Shown: piece after piece, positions 9,827 through 22,204 of the stretch
How the letters are laid out: each line of letters opens with the position of its first letter
Numbering within the stretch: the first letter of the stretch is position 1
Assembly: GCA_965262915.1 (NCBI GenBank)
Contig: OZ253564.1
Span: forward strand, 3,264,001-3,328,000
Origin: Candidatus Spongiisociaceae bacterium
GTDB lineage: Bacteria > Actinomycetota > Acidimicrobiia > Spongiisociales > Spongiisociaceae
Direction: 5' to 3'
Length of the DNA stretch: 64,000 bases
Notes under the pieces: model-generated
Told to the model about the DNA's origin: nothing
The model's input: the letters and a program-made list of their open reading frames with translations, nothing else
Databases searched by the model: none
Made by a program: the position numbers and the translations under genes

Positions 9827-11410
9827 TCACAGCATGCGCTGGCGGCCTAGCTCCTCCACCCGGCTTGCGCCGACGTATACGACTACCGACAACACAACGA
9901 TCACGACCGCAGAGCCCCAGGCCCGAGACATGTCGAGACCACCGTTGGCGATGGCGAACAGCCATCCCAGGCCATCCCTTCCGGTTAGGTACTCTCCCAG
10001 GATCGCGGCAACGATCGCCAGGGCTGCGTTGAGCCGGAATGCCGTGAGGAAATCAGGCACCGCCGACGGTAGCGCGAGGTGGCGCAATCTGGCACGCCGG
10101 CGCGCCCCCAGGACAGAGAAGACGTCATCGGCCCCGGGCGGTGTGGAACGGAAGCCGGAACTGACCAGAACGAATGTGGGGAACATCGATACCAGGGCGG
10201 CAACTGCCACCACCGTCGTCCGTGTATATCCGATCACCCGTGCCACGATCGGCACGGTCGCTACGAGAGGGACCGAGTACATGATGATCATGGGAGCGGT
10301 GAGCATGCCCTTCAGCATCGGAGACAGCCAGCTAGCCAGCGCTGCTACCAGCCCGATCAGAGTACCGATGAACAGGCCCAGGGCGGCCGACTGGAGCGTC
10401 TTGAACGTGTAGTCGATATAGGTACCGGGGTTTCCGGCGATATCGCTTACGACCGATTCGGGCGTCGGGGCCACTATGGAACTCACATCCCAGATGGTCA
10501 CGGCCAGTTGCCAGAAACCGAGGACGACCACGAACGGCCACACCGTGAGCGCAAAGTCCACGGTCCGCCGGCGCCAGGAAGTCGGCTGCCCGTTTTCTGC
10601 CCTTACCCTCCTGGTGGGTATGGACGCCCGGACGTCATCTCGCACGGAGAATTCGCGACGCCGGACGAGCTCTTCTATCAAGGCAAGGAGACTGAAGGCA
10701 ACGATGGCGATGAGCGCAGTGAGTCCGGCGGCAGCCCACAGCCGCGCCGTGAAGAATTGCTGGAGCGCGACGACCATCACCAAGCCCAATCCGGGATCTG
10801 TCGTTCCGAACCACTCGCCGAAGACAACCCCGAACATGGCGGCAGGCGCACCTAGCTTGGCGGCATATACGATCGAAGGAGACACCGCCGGCAGTTCGAG
10901 CCTCCGGAACCGGTTTCGCCTGGAAGCTCCCATTACGGTGAACACGTCGTGATGAGATCGGCTCACCAGGTTGAAGCCCGAACTGACCGCAACGAAGCTC
11001 GAGAAGAAGACCGCCAGCCCGGCAAAGACCAAGGGAGTCGCCGACGACGAGACCACCATGACGATGAGGGGACCTAGGGCGATCCAGGGAATGGAGTTGA
11101 CCAGCGTGGCGAGTCGGCCGATTCCTCTCTGCAGTGGCGTGATGAGCAACCCGATCATGGCCAGGGAGACTCCCGCTGCCATGCCAAGCACGAACCCCCG
11201 CGCCGCGTCCCAGATAGTGGCGGCTCCTGCACGACGAAGAATCTCCCAGTCGTCGATGAGGGATCCGAACACATCGCTGAAGGGAGGCCAGCCTCGACCG
11301 AACGCTTCGGCTTGGCCGACCAGTTCCCAACCGACCACCAGGATACCCACACCGACCGTTCCCAGGACGGCCGGCCGCCACCGGGACACTGTCGGCGCCG
11401 GTGTGGTCAC
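9827..11410 (-). CDS. NitT/TauT ABC permease with two fused TM domains
   Basis: Two BPD_transp_1-like halves (MGASR..RF..L.LP and LGARR..RL..LALP). Confidence 0.9.
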   Translation of the reverse strand: MTTPAPTVSRWRPAVLGTVGVGILVVGWELVGQAEAFGRGWPPFSDVFGSLIDDWEILRRAGAATIWDAARGFVLGMAAGVSLAMIGLLITPLQRGIGRLATLVNSIPWIALGPLIVMVVSSSATPLVFAGLAVFFSSFVAVSSGFNLVSRSHHDVFTVMGASRRNRFRRLELPAVSPSIVYAAKLGAPAAMFGVVFGEWFGTTDPGLGLVMVVALQQFFTARLWAAAGLTALIAIVAFSLLALIEELVRRREFSVRDDVRASIPTRRVRAENGQPTSWRRRTVDFALTVWPFVVVLGFWQLAVTIWDVSSIVAPTPESVVSDIAGNPGTYIDYTFKTLQSAALGLFIGTLIGLVAALASWLSPMLKGMLTAPMIIMYSVPLVATVPIVARVIGYTRTTVVAVAALVSMFPTFVLVSSGFRSTPPGADDVFSVLGARRRARLRHLALPSAVPDFLTAFRLNAALAIVAAILGEYLTGRDGLGWLFAIANGGLDMSRAWGSAVVIVVLSVVVYVGASRVEELGRQRML

Positions 11411-11926
11411 TTCCCCGCCGCTATCGCAGACTCCGGGCCCCAGAGAGTTCCGTACCCGACCACCGCCGCGATCGTTGGCCCGCCGAGTCAGCTACCGCGA
11501 ACGAACTCACACCTGCGAGATCGACCTCTCCGCTCATCATGGCTCATCATCCCTTCGGGAGTTGCCGACGGTGAGGGACATCTTACCCGTCGCCACCGAC
11601 CGCAAGGAGGCGACGGGCCTACCCAGTTCCCGTGACAGGCTCCCGTAAGAAGGAGCACCGGATGGACCGAAGCGCCTACTCGGAACCAGGCGGAACAAGA
11701 CCTGGCCGACTGGTAACCCGGGTCGGGGCTTGTGCGACTACGGTGACACAACCGAGGACATCCGGTGTGTAACGGGGTCCGGCACTCCTCCCGTTTGCGG
11801 AGGTCCCGGCGTCCATCGATACGTTCTCCCTGCATCGGGCGAGTCCGATCAGCCTCGGTGAAAGGCCCGTGGAGGGATTCATCTGAGGTCGGCCAATCGC
11901 CGCCTATCGACACAGGATGGAGTGAC

Positions 11927-12595
11927 ATGAGGGTAATCACGGTTCAGGCCTCGCTCCGTGAGGGCGACCTGAAACAGTTCGTGGCGGCTTCGACCGCCAA
12001 CGCACGGGCCGCCGTCGCCACCGAACCGGGTTGTCGGCGTTTCGATGTCTTCCACGATGCGAACAACCCGGCGAGGATCGGATTCAACGAGGTTTACGAC
12101 AACGACGATGCGGTCGGCGCCCATGGCGATTCGGAACATTTCGCGACATGGCTGTCGGCCACCGAGGGCATGCTGGATCGCGAGATGGTGTGGGCGACGT
12201 GCCGCAACCTGTTCCCCGGAGACACGGCGCACCGCGACGTAAACGATGAAACTCCCTCCGAAAGGGGGATCCGGGTCTACCAAGCGCGTGTCTCCGTGCC
12301 GCCGGACGATGTGGACCGTTTCATCTCTTCGGTGACCGAACAGGCGCGTGCTGCGTGGGAGCATGAAAGGGGGTTGATCCGCTTCGAGATCAATCAGAAC
12401 CTCGACACCCCGACTGAGTTCTGGCTGTACAAGGTCCACACCGGCCCCTCGGCGGCCCGACACCACGCCACAGCGCCCTACACCGTTGCGCACCTCGAGA
12501 GATTCGGTGAGTTGTACTCGGCCGGCCCTCCAACACCGATCTCCGGACCCAATATCTGGCCCCCCCACGGCATGTGGCGATCTGGCAACCCGTGA
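11927..12595 (+). CDS. Tandem ABM/LsrG-like (putative quinol monooxygenase) protein
   Basis: Two domains, EPGC.RFDV..D...P.R..F.EVY....A..AH..S.HF and HE.G..RFEI.Q. ATG after GGAG. Confidence 0.8.
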   Translation: MRVITVQASLREGDLKQFVAASTANARAAVATEPGCRRFDVFHDANNPARIGFNEVYDNDDAVGAHGDSEHFATWLSATEGMLDREMVWATCRNLFPGDTAHRDVNDETPSERGIRVYQARVSVPPDDVDRFISSVTEQARAAWEHERGLIRFEINQNLDTPTEFWLYKVHTGPSAARHHATAPYTVAHLERFGELYSAGPPTPISGPNIWPPHGMWRSGNP

Positions 12596-12828
12596 GAGAC
12601 CGGACCCCACGCCGGGTCCGGAGACCAGAACGGGGCTCTTGGCGCCGAGGGGGTGCGCTGGTAGGCGGACCGCGACCACCCTTGCAGTAAACGCCGGCCG
12701 GTTCCCACTCGGCAAACTCCTGGGCATTGCCGTCGACGCATCACTCGTCGCAGGCAGTATTGCCCCAGGTCGGCACCTACCCGTACTCCTATGAGGGGCG
12801 GTGTCCGCGCATCCCCCAGTCGCACTCC

Positions 12829-12935
12829 CTAGGAGGGTGGTGTGAAGCCTCTTCACGGCCCGTCGACCGATGACATAATGCCTGTTCAGAGGAAGACGGG
12901 CCGTTGCTCCCCACCGTTTTAGACCACCCTCCTAG
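12829..12935 (-). mobile_element. MITE-like family A, copy 2 (inverted)
   Basis: Reverse complement of copy 1 with ~3 substitutions. Confidence 0.85.
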
Positions 12936-14104
12936 TGTCCTGATTCCTTAGTTTCTTTGCCATATACTGCTAGAATATGCAGGTCAGTGTCAGTCAGTGG
13001 TGGGAGCAGCGCATGGAGAAGCAGCGGGGTCGTAAAGCAGTGGTTATCGAGCTGGATGAAGAGGAACGGCAGACGCTCGAGCGGTGGATACGGCGGCGTA
13101 GCACCGCACAAGGGTTAGCGATGCGGTCTCGTATCGTGCTGGGAGCGGCCGAAGGCCGCACCAATGTGGACATCGCAGCGGAGGTGGGCTGCAGCGGGGT
13201 TACGGTCTCGAAGTGGCGGAACCGTTTCGCCCGGCGCCGTCTCGACGGCCTCTACGACAATCCCCGCCCCGGGCCGCCCCGCCGCATCGACGACGCCAAG
13301 GTAGAAGAAGTGGTGGTCAAGACCCTCGAGGAAACACCCAGAGACGCGACGCACTGGTCGACCCGGTCCATGGCGAGGGCCGTCGGCCTGTCCCAGTCGT
13401 CGATCCTAAGAATATGGCGGGCGTTCGGTCTCAAGCCGCACCGGACCGAGCATTTCAAGATCTCCCCTGACCCCCAGTTCGTGGAAAAGGTCCGCGACCT
13501 GGCGGGTTTGTACCTGAACCCGCCCGACGCGGCGGTGGTGCTGTGCGTGGACCACAAATCCCAGATACAGGCCCTCGACCGCACCGCGCCGATCCTGCCC
13601 CTGTTGCCCGGAACCCCCCAGCGGCGCACCCACGACTACCGCCGGTACGGCACCACCAACCTCGGGGCCGCGCTCGACACGGCCACCGGCCGGGTCATCA
13701 CCTCCATGACACGACGCAACCGCACCCACAAATTCCAGACGTTCCTAAACCTCATCAACCGCGAAGTCCCACCAGAACTCGACGTCCATGTCGTGTTGGA
13801 CAACGCGTCGCCCCACAAAACCGAACCCATACAGCGCTGGCTGCAACGCCATCCACGGTTCACGTTCCATTTCACACCCACCTACGCGTCGTGGATGAAC
13901 CTCGTCGAGCGATGGTTCTCCGAACTCACCACCAAACAGATACGCCGAGGCACCCACCGATCCGTAGCCGAACTCACCGACGCCATCAACCAATGGACCC
14001 AACACTGGAACCAAAACCCCAAACCCTTCATCTGGCACAAAACCGCCGACCAAATCTTCGACAACCTCACCAACTATCTACAACGAATCCCCGAATCAGG
14101 ACAC
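12935..14104 (+). mobile_element. IS630-family insertion sequence
   Basis: TIRs GTGTCCTGATTC / GAATCAGGACAC, flanked by TA duplication (12933-34 and 14105-06). Confidence 0.92.
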
Positions 14105-14107
14105 TAG
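12977..14107 (+). CDS. IS630 transposase
   Basis: HTH (R..IVL...G..N..IA, V.KWR.RF), THWSTR, DDE CVD.KSQIQAL / VLDN / WMN.VERWF. Stop TAG is formed by the target duplication. Start may be 13013. Confidence 0.95.
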   Translation: MQVSVSQWWEQRMEKQRGRKAVVIELDEEERQTLERWIRRRSTAQGLAMRSRIVLGAAEGRTNVDIAAEVGCSGVTVSKWRNRFARRRLDGLYDNPRPGPPRRIDDAKVEEVVVKTLEETPRDATHWSTRSMARAVGLSQSSILRIWRAFGLKPHRTEHFKISPDPQFVEKVRDLAGLYLNPPDAAVVLCVDHKSQIQALDRTAPILPLLPGTPQRRTHDYRRYGTTNLGAALDTATGRVITSMTRRNRTHKFQTFLNLINREVPPELDVHVVLDNASPHKTEPIQRWLQRHPRFTFHFTPTYASWMNLVERWFSELTTKQIRRGTHRSVAELTDAINQWTQHWNQNPKPFIWHKTADQIFDNLTNYLQRIPESGH

Positions 14108-14150
14108 GCCCCCGTTCAAGAACGGACACCGCATGGGGGCAGCAATCCGC

Positions 14151-14738
14151 TCACGAACTCATCTTGTGTTCTTTGCCCGCTCGGAGCCGCAGGAGATTCG
14201 AGCGGTGCCGAAAGATGATGAGCAACATCGTGGCGCCGAACCACAGGACGGCCCGCCTCTCTACACCAACCATGAGCAAGGCCGGGACGGAAGTCACGGC
14301 AGCGGCCAGGGACCCAACGGCTGAGATGCGCGTGAGAGCCAGCCCGATCCCGTACATCAGAACCATGACGATCATGACCGGCGGCGAGAGGGCGAGCGCG
14401 ACCCCGCCCGCCGTGGCAACGCCCTTCCCGCCACGGAACCGATGGAAAGCCGGATAGCAATGGCCGATGACCGCACAAAGCCCCGCCAAGGCAGCCACCA
14501 TCGGGGTCCACATCAGCAATCCGACCAGTGTCGGGAGGAGACCCTTGAGGAGATCGGCTACGGTAACGAGAAGTGCCGGACCCTTACCGAGGCTACGAAG
14601 CACATTGGAAGCACCAGGGTTGCCGCTACCCACCGCTCGGATGTCCACACCCCGCGATCCGGCAACCACGAGCGCGCTGCTGATGCTGCCGAGGAGATAG
14701 GCGCTCGCGCATAGGATGGCGACTCCGGTGAACATCAC
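14151..14738 (-). CDS. plsY: Glycerol-3-phosphate acyltransferase
   Basis: YLLGSI, DIR..GSGNPGASN..R, DLLKG, GHCYP.F..FRGGKGVAT, RH.SN..RL..G.E. Confidence 0.95.
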   Translation of the reverse strand: MMFTGVAILCASAYLLGSISSALVVAGSRGVDIRAVGSGNPGASNVLRSLGKGPALLVTVADLLKGLLPTLVGLLMWTPMVAALAGLCAVIGHCYPAFHRFRGGKGVATAGGVALALSPPVMIVMVLMYGIGLALTRISAVGSLAAAVTSVPALLMVGVERRAVLWFGATMLLIIFRHRSNLLRLRAGKEHKMSS

Positions 14739-14827
14739 CGGATGATTCTATCGGGACGCTGGTATGATCCCGTCCGGTGCAGCCACCGACCCGGCACGGC
14801 TGCGGCAATCCCGACCAGAGGACTGTC

Positions 14828-15145
14828 ATGCCCACCTACGTGTACGAGTGCAAGAACTGCGAACACCGCTTTGAGATATTCCAGAGCTTCTCGGCCGAAC
14901 CGCTCCGCACTTGCCCCGAATGCTCGACGGTCGCCCTGCGAAAGGTCCTCTTTCCCGCCGGGGTGGTGTTCAAGGGCTCCGGCTTCTACGTCAACGACTC
15001 TCGCGGACCTCGCCCGAGTGGATCCGGCCAGGACTCGCGGGGGAAGAAGGACACCGAGAAACCGGCCAAGAAGAAGACCCCCACATCCTCAAACGGATCG
15101 GCCTCCAGGAAAGAGCCCGCCAAGTCGGGGACCAACGATCGCTAG
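14828..15145 (+). CDS. FmdB family zinc-ribbon protein
   Basis: MPTY.Y.C..C.H.FE..Q.F...PL..CP.C, FKGSGFY.NDSR. Confidence 0.9.
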   Translation: MPTYVYECKNCEHRFEIFQSFSAEPLRTCPECSTVALRKVLFPAGVVFKGSGFYVNDSRGPRPSGSGQDSRGKKDTEKPAKKKTPTSSNGSASRKEPAKSGTNDR

Positions 15146-15241
15146 CGAGCCGCAGCACCCGCTCCGAGCGGCTCCGGCAGGAACCCGTGGTGCACCCGCC
15201 GCTGCGGACAGGACTTCTGACCGGCGGAGCCGTGCGGCCCT

Positions 15242-15841
15242 TTGGAGAGTGACGGGGTGCGAGGGGTCGTCGGGATAATTCTGGCCGGCGGTGAGTCGAC
15301 CCGCATGGGCACCGACAAGGCGTTGTTCGAGATGAACGGACGGACGATGGCTGAGTGGGTGGCCGACGCGATGTGCGTATTCGAGACGGCGGTCATAGTC
15401 GGACGGCGCCGGGGTCTGGCCGGCCTCGATGCCATCCCGGACCTGCGATCCGCAGGAACGGGCCCTCTGAGCGGCCTGCACACGGCGCTCTCGGCCTTCG
15501 GGCGCCCGCTGGTCGTGGTGGCGGTGGACCAGCCACTGGTCCGATCGGAGACCCTGCTCCGGCTTGCCGGGCTGGCGGCGGAGGGCGAGACCGCGATCTG
15601 TATCGATGACAGGCCCCAGGTGACGTGCGCCTCCTATACCCCCGCGTGCCTGGAGGAGGCGACCCGCCAGCTGAGATCCGGAGGGTCGATCCAGCAGATG
15701 CTGCGCTCTGTTCCTTGGACCCCCATCCGCAGGGAGGTCTGGTCGAGGTGGGGGGAAGACGGACGGTCCTGGTTCTCGATGGACACACCCGACTCCATAA
15801 TCACCGCCGAACAGCGTTTCCGATTGAACCTCCTCGGCTAG
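15242..15841 (+). CDS. mobA: Molybdenum cofactor guanylyltransferase
   Basis: ILAGG.STRMGTDKA, GPL.GL..AL, VAVDQP, F..DTP. Confidence 0.85.
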   Translation: MESDGVRGVVGIILAGGESTRMGTDKALFEMNGRTMAEWVADAMCVFETAVIVGRRRGLAGLDAIPDLRSAGTGPLSGLHTALSAFGRPLVVVAVDQPLVRSETLLRLAGLAAEGETAICIDDRPQVTCASYTPACLEEATRQLRSGGSIQQMLRSVPWTPIRREVWSRWGEDGRSWFSMDTPDSIITAEQRFRLNLLG

Positions 15842-15906
15842 GCGGTGGGCGATGCGCGGTGGACAAGCCTCTTCTCACCGTTGTCCTTTGGAGGTAACTT
15901 GTTCGG

Positions 15907-16437
15907 GTGTTGTGGATCGCCCGCCCTCCTTACCTCCGGTGGACGCTCATCGGGCTGCTGGTTCTCGTGAGCCTGTGGCTCGAGCTCAAACCGTCGGCCA
16001 CCGCAAGCCACCCCTACCTCACTCGAGATCTCATCCGTGGAGAGCCGGTGCACGACGCCCTCGAGTGGCGTGATATCGCCCAAGGTGTGGTGGAACCGGT
16101 GTCGGGTACCGGGTTCGCCGACCGCCGCCTGACAGCCGGGCAGCCGCTGCTACCGGGCGACACCACGGATGTGGCCATCACCGCTCCTCCCGGTTGGTGG
16201 CTGGTAGATGTGGCGGTTCCGGCGGAGGCCGCGGCGGGTACACAGGTGCAACTCGTGGTACTCCCCCATCCAGGTCATCGGCCGATCCCTCCGATCGGAG
16301 GGGTGGTCACCGGGGTACGTCCCGCCAACTTCGAGGGCGACGGTCTGATCGGTTCGGTGGCGTTCCCGCCCGACCGGGCCGCAACCGCCGCGGTCGCCAT
16401 CGCCGAGAAACGGGTCTCGGTGCTGCTACAGGCTTAG
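15907..16437 (+). CDS. SAF-domain membrane-anchored protein
   Basis: N-terminal TM, RDL..GEP, A.R.L.AG.PL...D; syntenic with fmdB. Stop TAG supplied by the MITE end. Confidence 0.55.
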   Translation: MLWIARPPYLRWTLIGLLVLVSLWLELKPSATASHPYLTRDLIRGEPVHDALEWRDIAQGVVEPVSGTGFADRRLTAGQPLLPGDTTDVAITAPPGWWLVDVAVPAEAAAGTQVQLVVLPHPGHRPIPPIGGVVTGVRPANFEGDGLIGSVAFPPDRAATAAVAIAEKRVSVLLQA

Positions 16438-16540
16438 GAGGGTGGTCTAAAACGGTGGGAAGCAACGGCCCGTCTTCCTCTGAACTGGCATTATGTCATC
16501 GGTCGACGGGCCGTGAAGGGGTTTCACACCACCCTCCTAG
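16434..16540 (+). mobile_element. MITE-like family A, copy 3
   Basis: Near-identical to copy 1 (~4 differences). Confidence 0.85.
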
Positions 16541-16710
16541 AGGCTACGCGGGTAGGTGCTCTCCAGGGAAGGCAAAGTCTTGACACTTCATGAGGAGACA
16601 GCGGTGACCACAGGGTTCCTGACCGGCGGCCGCATCGGAAGTAACCACACGGGCGATCGCGCCCGCCTATCCGCGTACCCTCTTACGACCGGATCCCGGA
16701 CGGGTATCTT

Positions 16711-17481
16711 GTGAACATGCTGGAAGCAATCGTCTGGGGCCTTCTACAGGGCTTGACCGAGTTCCTGCCGGTCTCGTCGAGCGGGCACCTGCGCGTGGTC
16801 CCCGATCTCTTCGGCTTGAGCCCTCCCGATCTCGCCACCTCCGCGGTTCTCCACCTGGGGACCCTGGTAGCGGTTATTGCCTACTACCGGAGCGACATCG
16901 TATGGATGGCCCGGGGAATCCGCCGGGATCCGCTCGCCCGGAGAACGGTCCTCATGGTGGTCGTCGCCACCATTCCGGCCGTGGTGGTAGGGGCCGCGGT
17001 GGTGGACGCAGTCGAGCGTTTCCAGGAATCGGTCACCGCGGTCGGCATAGCGTTGATCGGCACCGGTGCCGTGCTCCTGGTGTCGAAGTTCCTACCGATG
17101 CGCACCCGGCGCGCCGAGGAGGTGGGGGTCCGGGATGCGGTGGGTATCGGCGCGGCTCAGGCCCTGGCTCTCCTGCCGGGTGTCTCCCGTTCGGGAATGG
17201 TGATAACCACCGGGATCGCACGCGGCCTGTCCGGACGAGAGGCAGCTCGTTTCGGGTTCCTCATGGCGATTCCGGTGACCCTCGGCGCCGCGGCGCGGGA
17301 GGCGATAACCGTGGCCGGGAGCGGCATCCTCGGTCCCGAGTTGGTGATCGGGACGCTGGTCGCGGCTGTCTCGGGGTACGGGGCCATATCTCTCCTGATC
17401 AAGGCCCTGGCCCGCCACGGCCTGTGGCCTTTCGCGGTCTACTGCCTGGCGGCGGGATCATTCACCCTGATCCGGCTCTGA
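16711..17481 (+). CDS. uppP: Undecaprenyl-diphosphate phosphatase
   Basis: GLLQGLTEFLPVSSSGHL, LHLGT, ALLPGVSRSG. Confidence 0.95.
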   Translation: MNMLEAIVWGLLQGLTEFLPVSSSGHLRVVPDLFGLSPPDLATSAVLHLGTLVAVIAYYRSDIVWMARGIRRDPLARRTVLMVVVATIPAVVVGAAVVDAVERFQESVTAVGIALIGTGAVLLVSKFLPMRTRRAEEVGVRDAVGIGAAQALALLPGVSRSGMVITTGIARGLSGREAARFGFLMAIPVTLGAAAREAITVAGSGILGPELVIGTLVAAVSGYGAISLLIKALARHGLWPFAVYCLAAGSFTLIRL

Positions 17482-17527
17482 TCGACCCTGCACGGCCGGT
17501 CCGGCCACCGGGGAGTCCGGCAACCGT

Positions 17528-18619
17528 TCAACCGATCCGTAACTCGGGATGGGTCCGGATACGCGGGCGACTCTCGACGATACGCAGGGCGAGGCGATCG
17601 AAGACCGCCGCGGCTTCGCTGTCCGGAGCGGATACGCTGACCGGATCGCCGCGGTCCGCCCCGGCCCGCATCTCGGGTGTGATCGGGATCTGCGCGAGCA
17701 ACTCCACCCCGGTCTGGTGGGCCAGAGCTGCCCCTCCTCCTTCCCCGAAGATGGTGTAGCGCTTCCCGTCGTCACCCGTGAACCAACTCATGTTCTCCAC
17801 CACACCGATCAGTTTCTGATCCACCCGCTCGGCCATTCGGGCCGCGCGGGAGGCCACCCGACGGGCCGTGGGTTGCGGAGTCGTCACCAGGAGCACCCGT
17901 GCGCGCGGTACGAACTGGGAGATCGAGATCGCCACATCCCCGGTGCCCGGGGGCATGTCGATCAACAGGAAGGAGGGATCGTCCCAGAAGACATCGGTGA
18001 GGAACTGCTCGAGAGCCTTGTGGAGCATCGGGCCCCTCCACACGACGGCTTGGCCGTCCGGCACGAAGTAGTCGATGGAGATCACCGACACGCCGTGAGA
18101 CCGGAGGGGCAGGATCGAATCCGCTATCACCACCGGGGCTCCATCGGCTCCCAGCATCCTCGGGATCGAGTACCCCCACACATCCGCGTCGATGACCCCG
18201 ACGGTGTGGCCCGACGCGGCCAGGCTCACTGCCAGATTGGTGGTCACCGAGGATTTGCCCACCCCTCCCTTGCCGGAGGACACCGCCACCACGAACGTCG
18301 AGGAACCAGGCCCACCCACCGGCCGCTTCTCGCCGCGGACGCGGGCCATCAGGTCGGTGCGCTGATCGTCGTTCATCAGCTCGTGTTCGATCCTTACCGA
18401 GCGCACCCCGCCCACCGAGTGGGCCGCGGCGGTCACCACCTCGATGAGCTCATGGCCCGGCGGCCCGGGAACCGGGATCATCAGGTCGACTACCGCAGTT
18501 CCCAGCCGCCTGATCCTGACTGATCTCAGGTAGCCGACTTCGCCCAACGGGCGTCGGAGGATGGGATCGATCATGGCGGAGAGGACAGCGGTAAGCGCCT
18601 CGGCCTTCGATTCACTCAT
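17528..18619 (-). CDS. mrp: Mrp/NBP35 (ApbC) family ATP-binding protein
   Basis: SGKGGVGKS, DAD..G.SIP, WRGPM, DMPPGTGD, VTTPQ, GVVENMS. Confidence 0.93.
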   Translation of the reverse strand: MSESKAEALTAVLSAMIDPILRRPLGEVGYLRSVRIRRLGTAVVDLMIPVPGPPGHELIEVVTAAAHSVGGVRSVRIEHELMNDDQRTDLMARVRGEKRPVGGPGSSTFVVAVSSGKGGVGKSSVTTNLAVSLAASGHTVGVIDADVWGYSIPRMLGADGAPVVIADSILPLRSHGVSVISIDYFVPDGQAVVWRGPMLHKALEQFLTDVFWDDPSFLLIDMPPGTGDVAISISQFVPRARVLLVTTPQPTARRVASRAARMAERVDQKLIGVVENMSWFTGDDGKRYTIFGEGGGAALAHQTGVELLAQIPITPEMRAGADRGDPVSVSAPDSEAAAVFDRLALRIVESRPRIRTHPELRIG

Positions 18620-18692
18620 ATCGTGGGATCGCTCAGAGTGCCAACATTATAGTGAGCAACGGTAGCCTGCCTTTGCTCGGGTGACATGGTCT

Positions 18693-19134
18693 ATGGACAC
18701 AGCCGATTTCGACCGCCGGCTCGGAGCGTTGACCGCCAGCCTCGGCGACGCCACCCGCCGCGGCATCTATATCGCCGCCCGGGAGTCCTCCGAGCCGCAA
18801 GACTCCCCGCTCCGGCTGTCCCGCCAAGGGCTACACCGTCTCGCAACAGGAGATCGGGCTACCCACCGACGAGGGCTTCGAAGGGACGGTCCGCGCCGTC
18901 GCCCGTGTCATGACCGGCATCGGATTCGGGGTCGAGGCGGATCCCGGCCGATCCCGCCTGATCACCAACCATTGCCCGTTCGGAGACATGGCAACCCGGT
19001 ACCCCGAGGTGGTGTGCTCGCTCGATCAGGGGTTGCTCGACGGCCTCATGGGGAAGCTCGACCGGAGATGGGAGCCGGTGCTCTTCCCCCGCTCGACAGT
19101 CGGCGAGGTTTGCATAACCGAGGTTCGCTGCTGA
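18693..19134 (+). pseudogene. Internally deleted HTH metalloregulator (ArsR/SufR-like)
   Basis: N-terminus LGDATRRGIY in one frame and C-terminus NHCPF......PEVVC.LD.GLL.G...C in another; HTH and middle region missing. Confidence 0.65.
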
Positions 19135-19388
19135 CCCTCCCCGGGAATGCGGCACAACGACGATTGCTGTCGGCCAGTTACCCGCTGACCGGGCATCCGG
19201 GGTTGAGGGGTGGGCCCCGGTGGATTGCTCGGCACTCTGCCATCGCTCGCCGGGGGCTTGGCGGCAGACCGGGTGCCGGGCGAAGGAGGTGGCCCACGCC
19301 AATTAGGATGGGACTGCAGGGTACGGGCACTCGTGCGTGACGGCCGGTGACCACACCTAGAAATCCAAGAACACCGGGACCGGGGACG

Positions 19389-22076
<2,688 letters not shown>

Positions 22077-22204
22077 CAGAGCGCCCATACATCGATCCGC
22101 CCCGCTCCCCGAACGGGCGACGGACGAGAGCGAGTCGGGGGGCGGAGCCTGTTCCGCGCCGGCGGTCGTACCGGACACCTCGGATACCCCACTATTGTGG
22201 GACC

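Noticed and set aside
12935-14104. IS630 as autonomous partner of MITE family A
   Set aside because: TIR sequences are unrelated (GTGTCCTGATTC versus GGAGGGTGGT); only the TA/CTAG target is shared.
6858-16540. Family A repeats as CRISPR repeats or a riboswitch
   Set aside because: Dispersed, in both orientations, 107 bp with TIRs, no spacers and no cas genes; positions relative to genes are inconsistent with a 5' leader.
18636-18646. CIRCE upstream of mrp (GAGTGCCAA)
   Set aside because: Only one half-site; no matching arm at 9-nt spacing.
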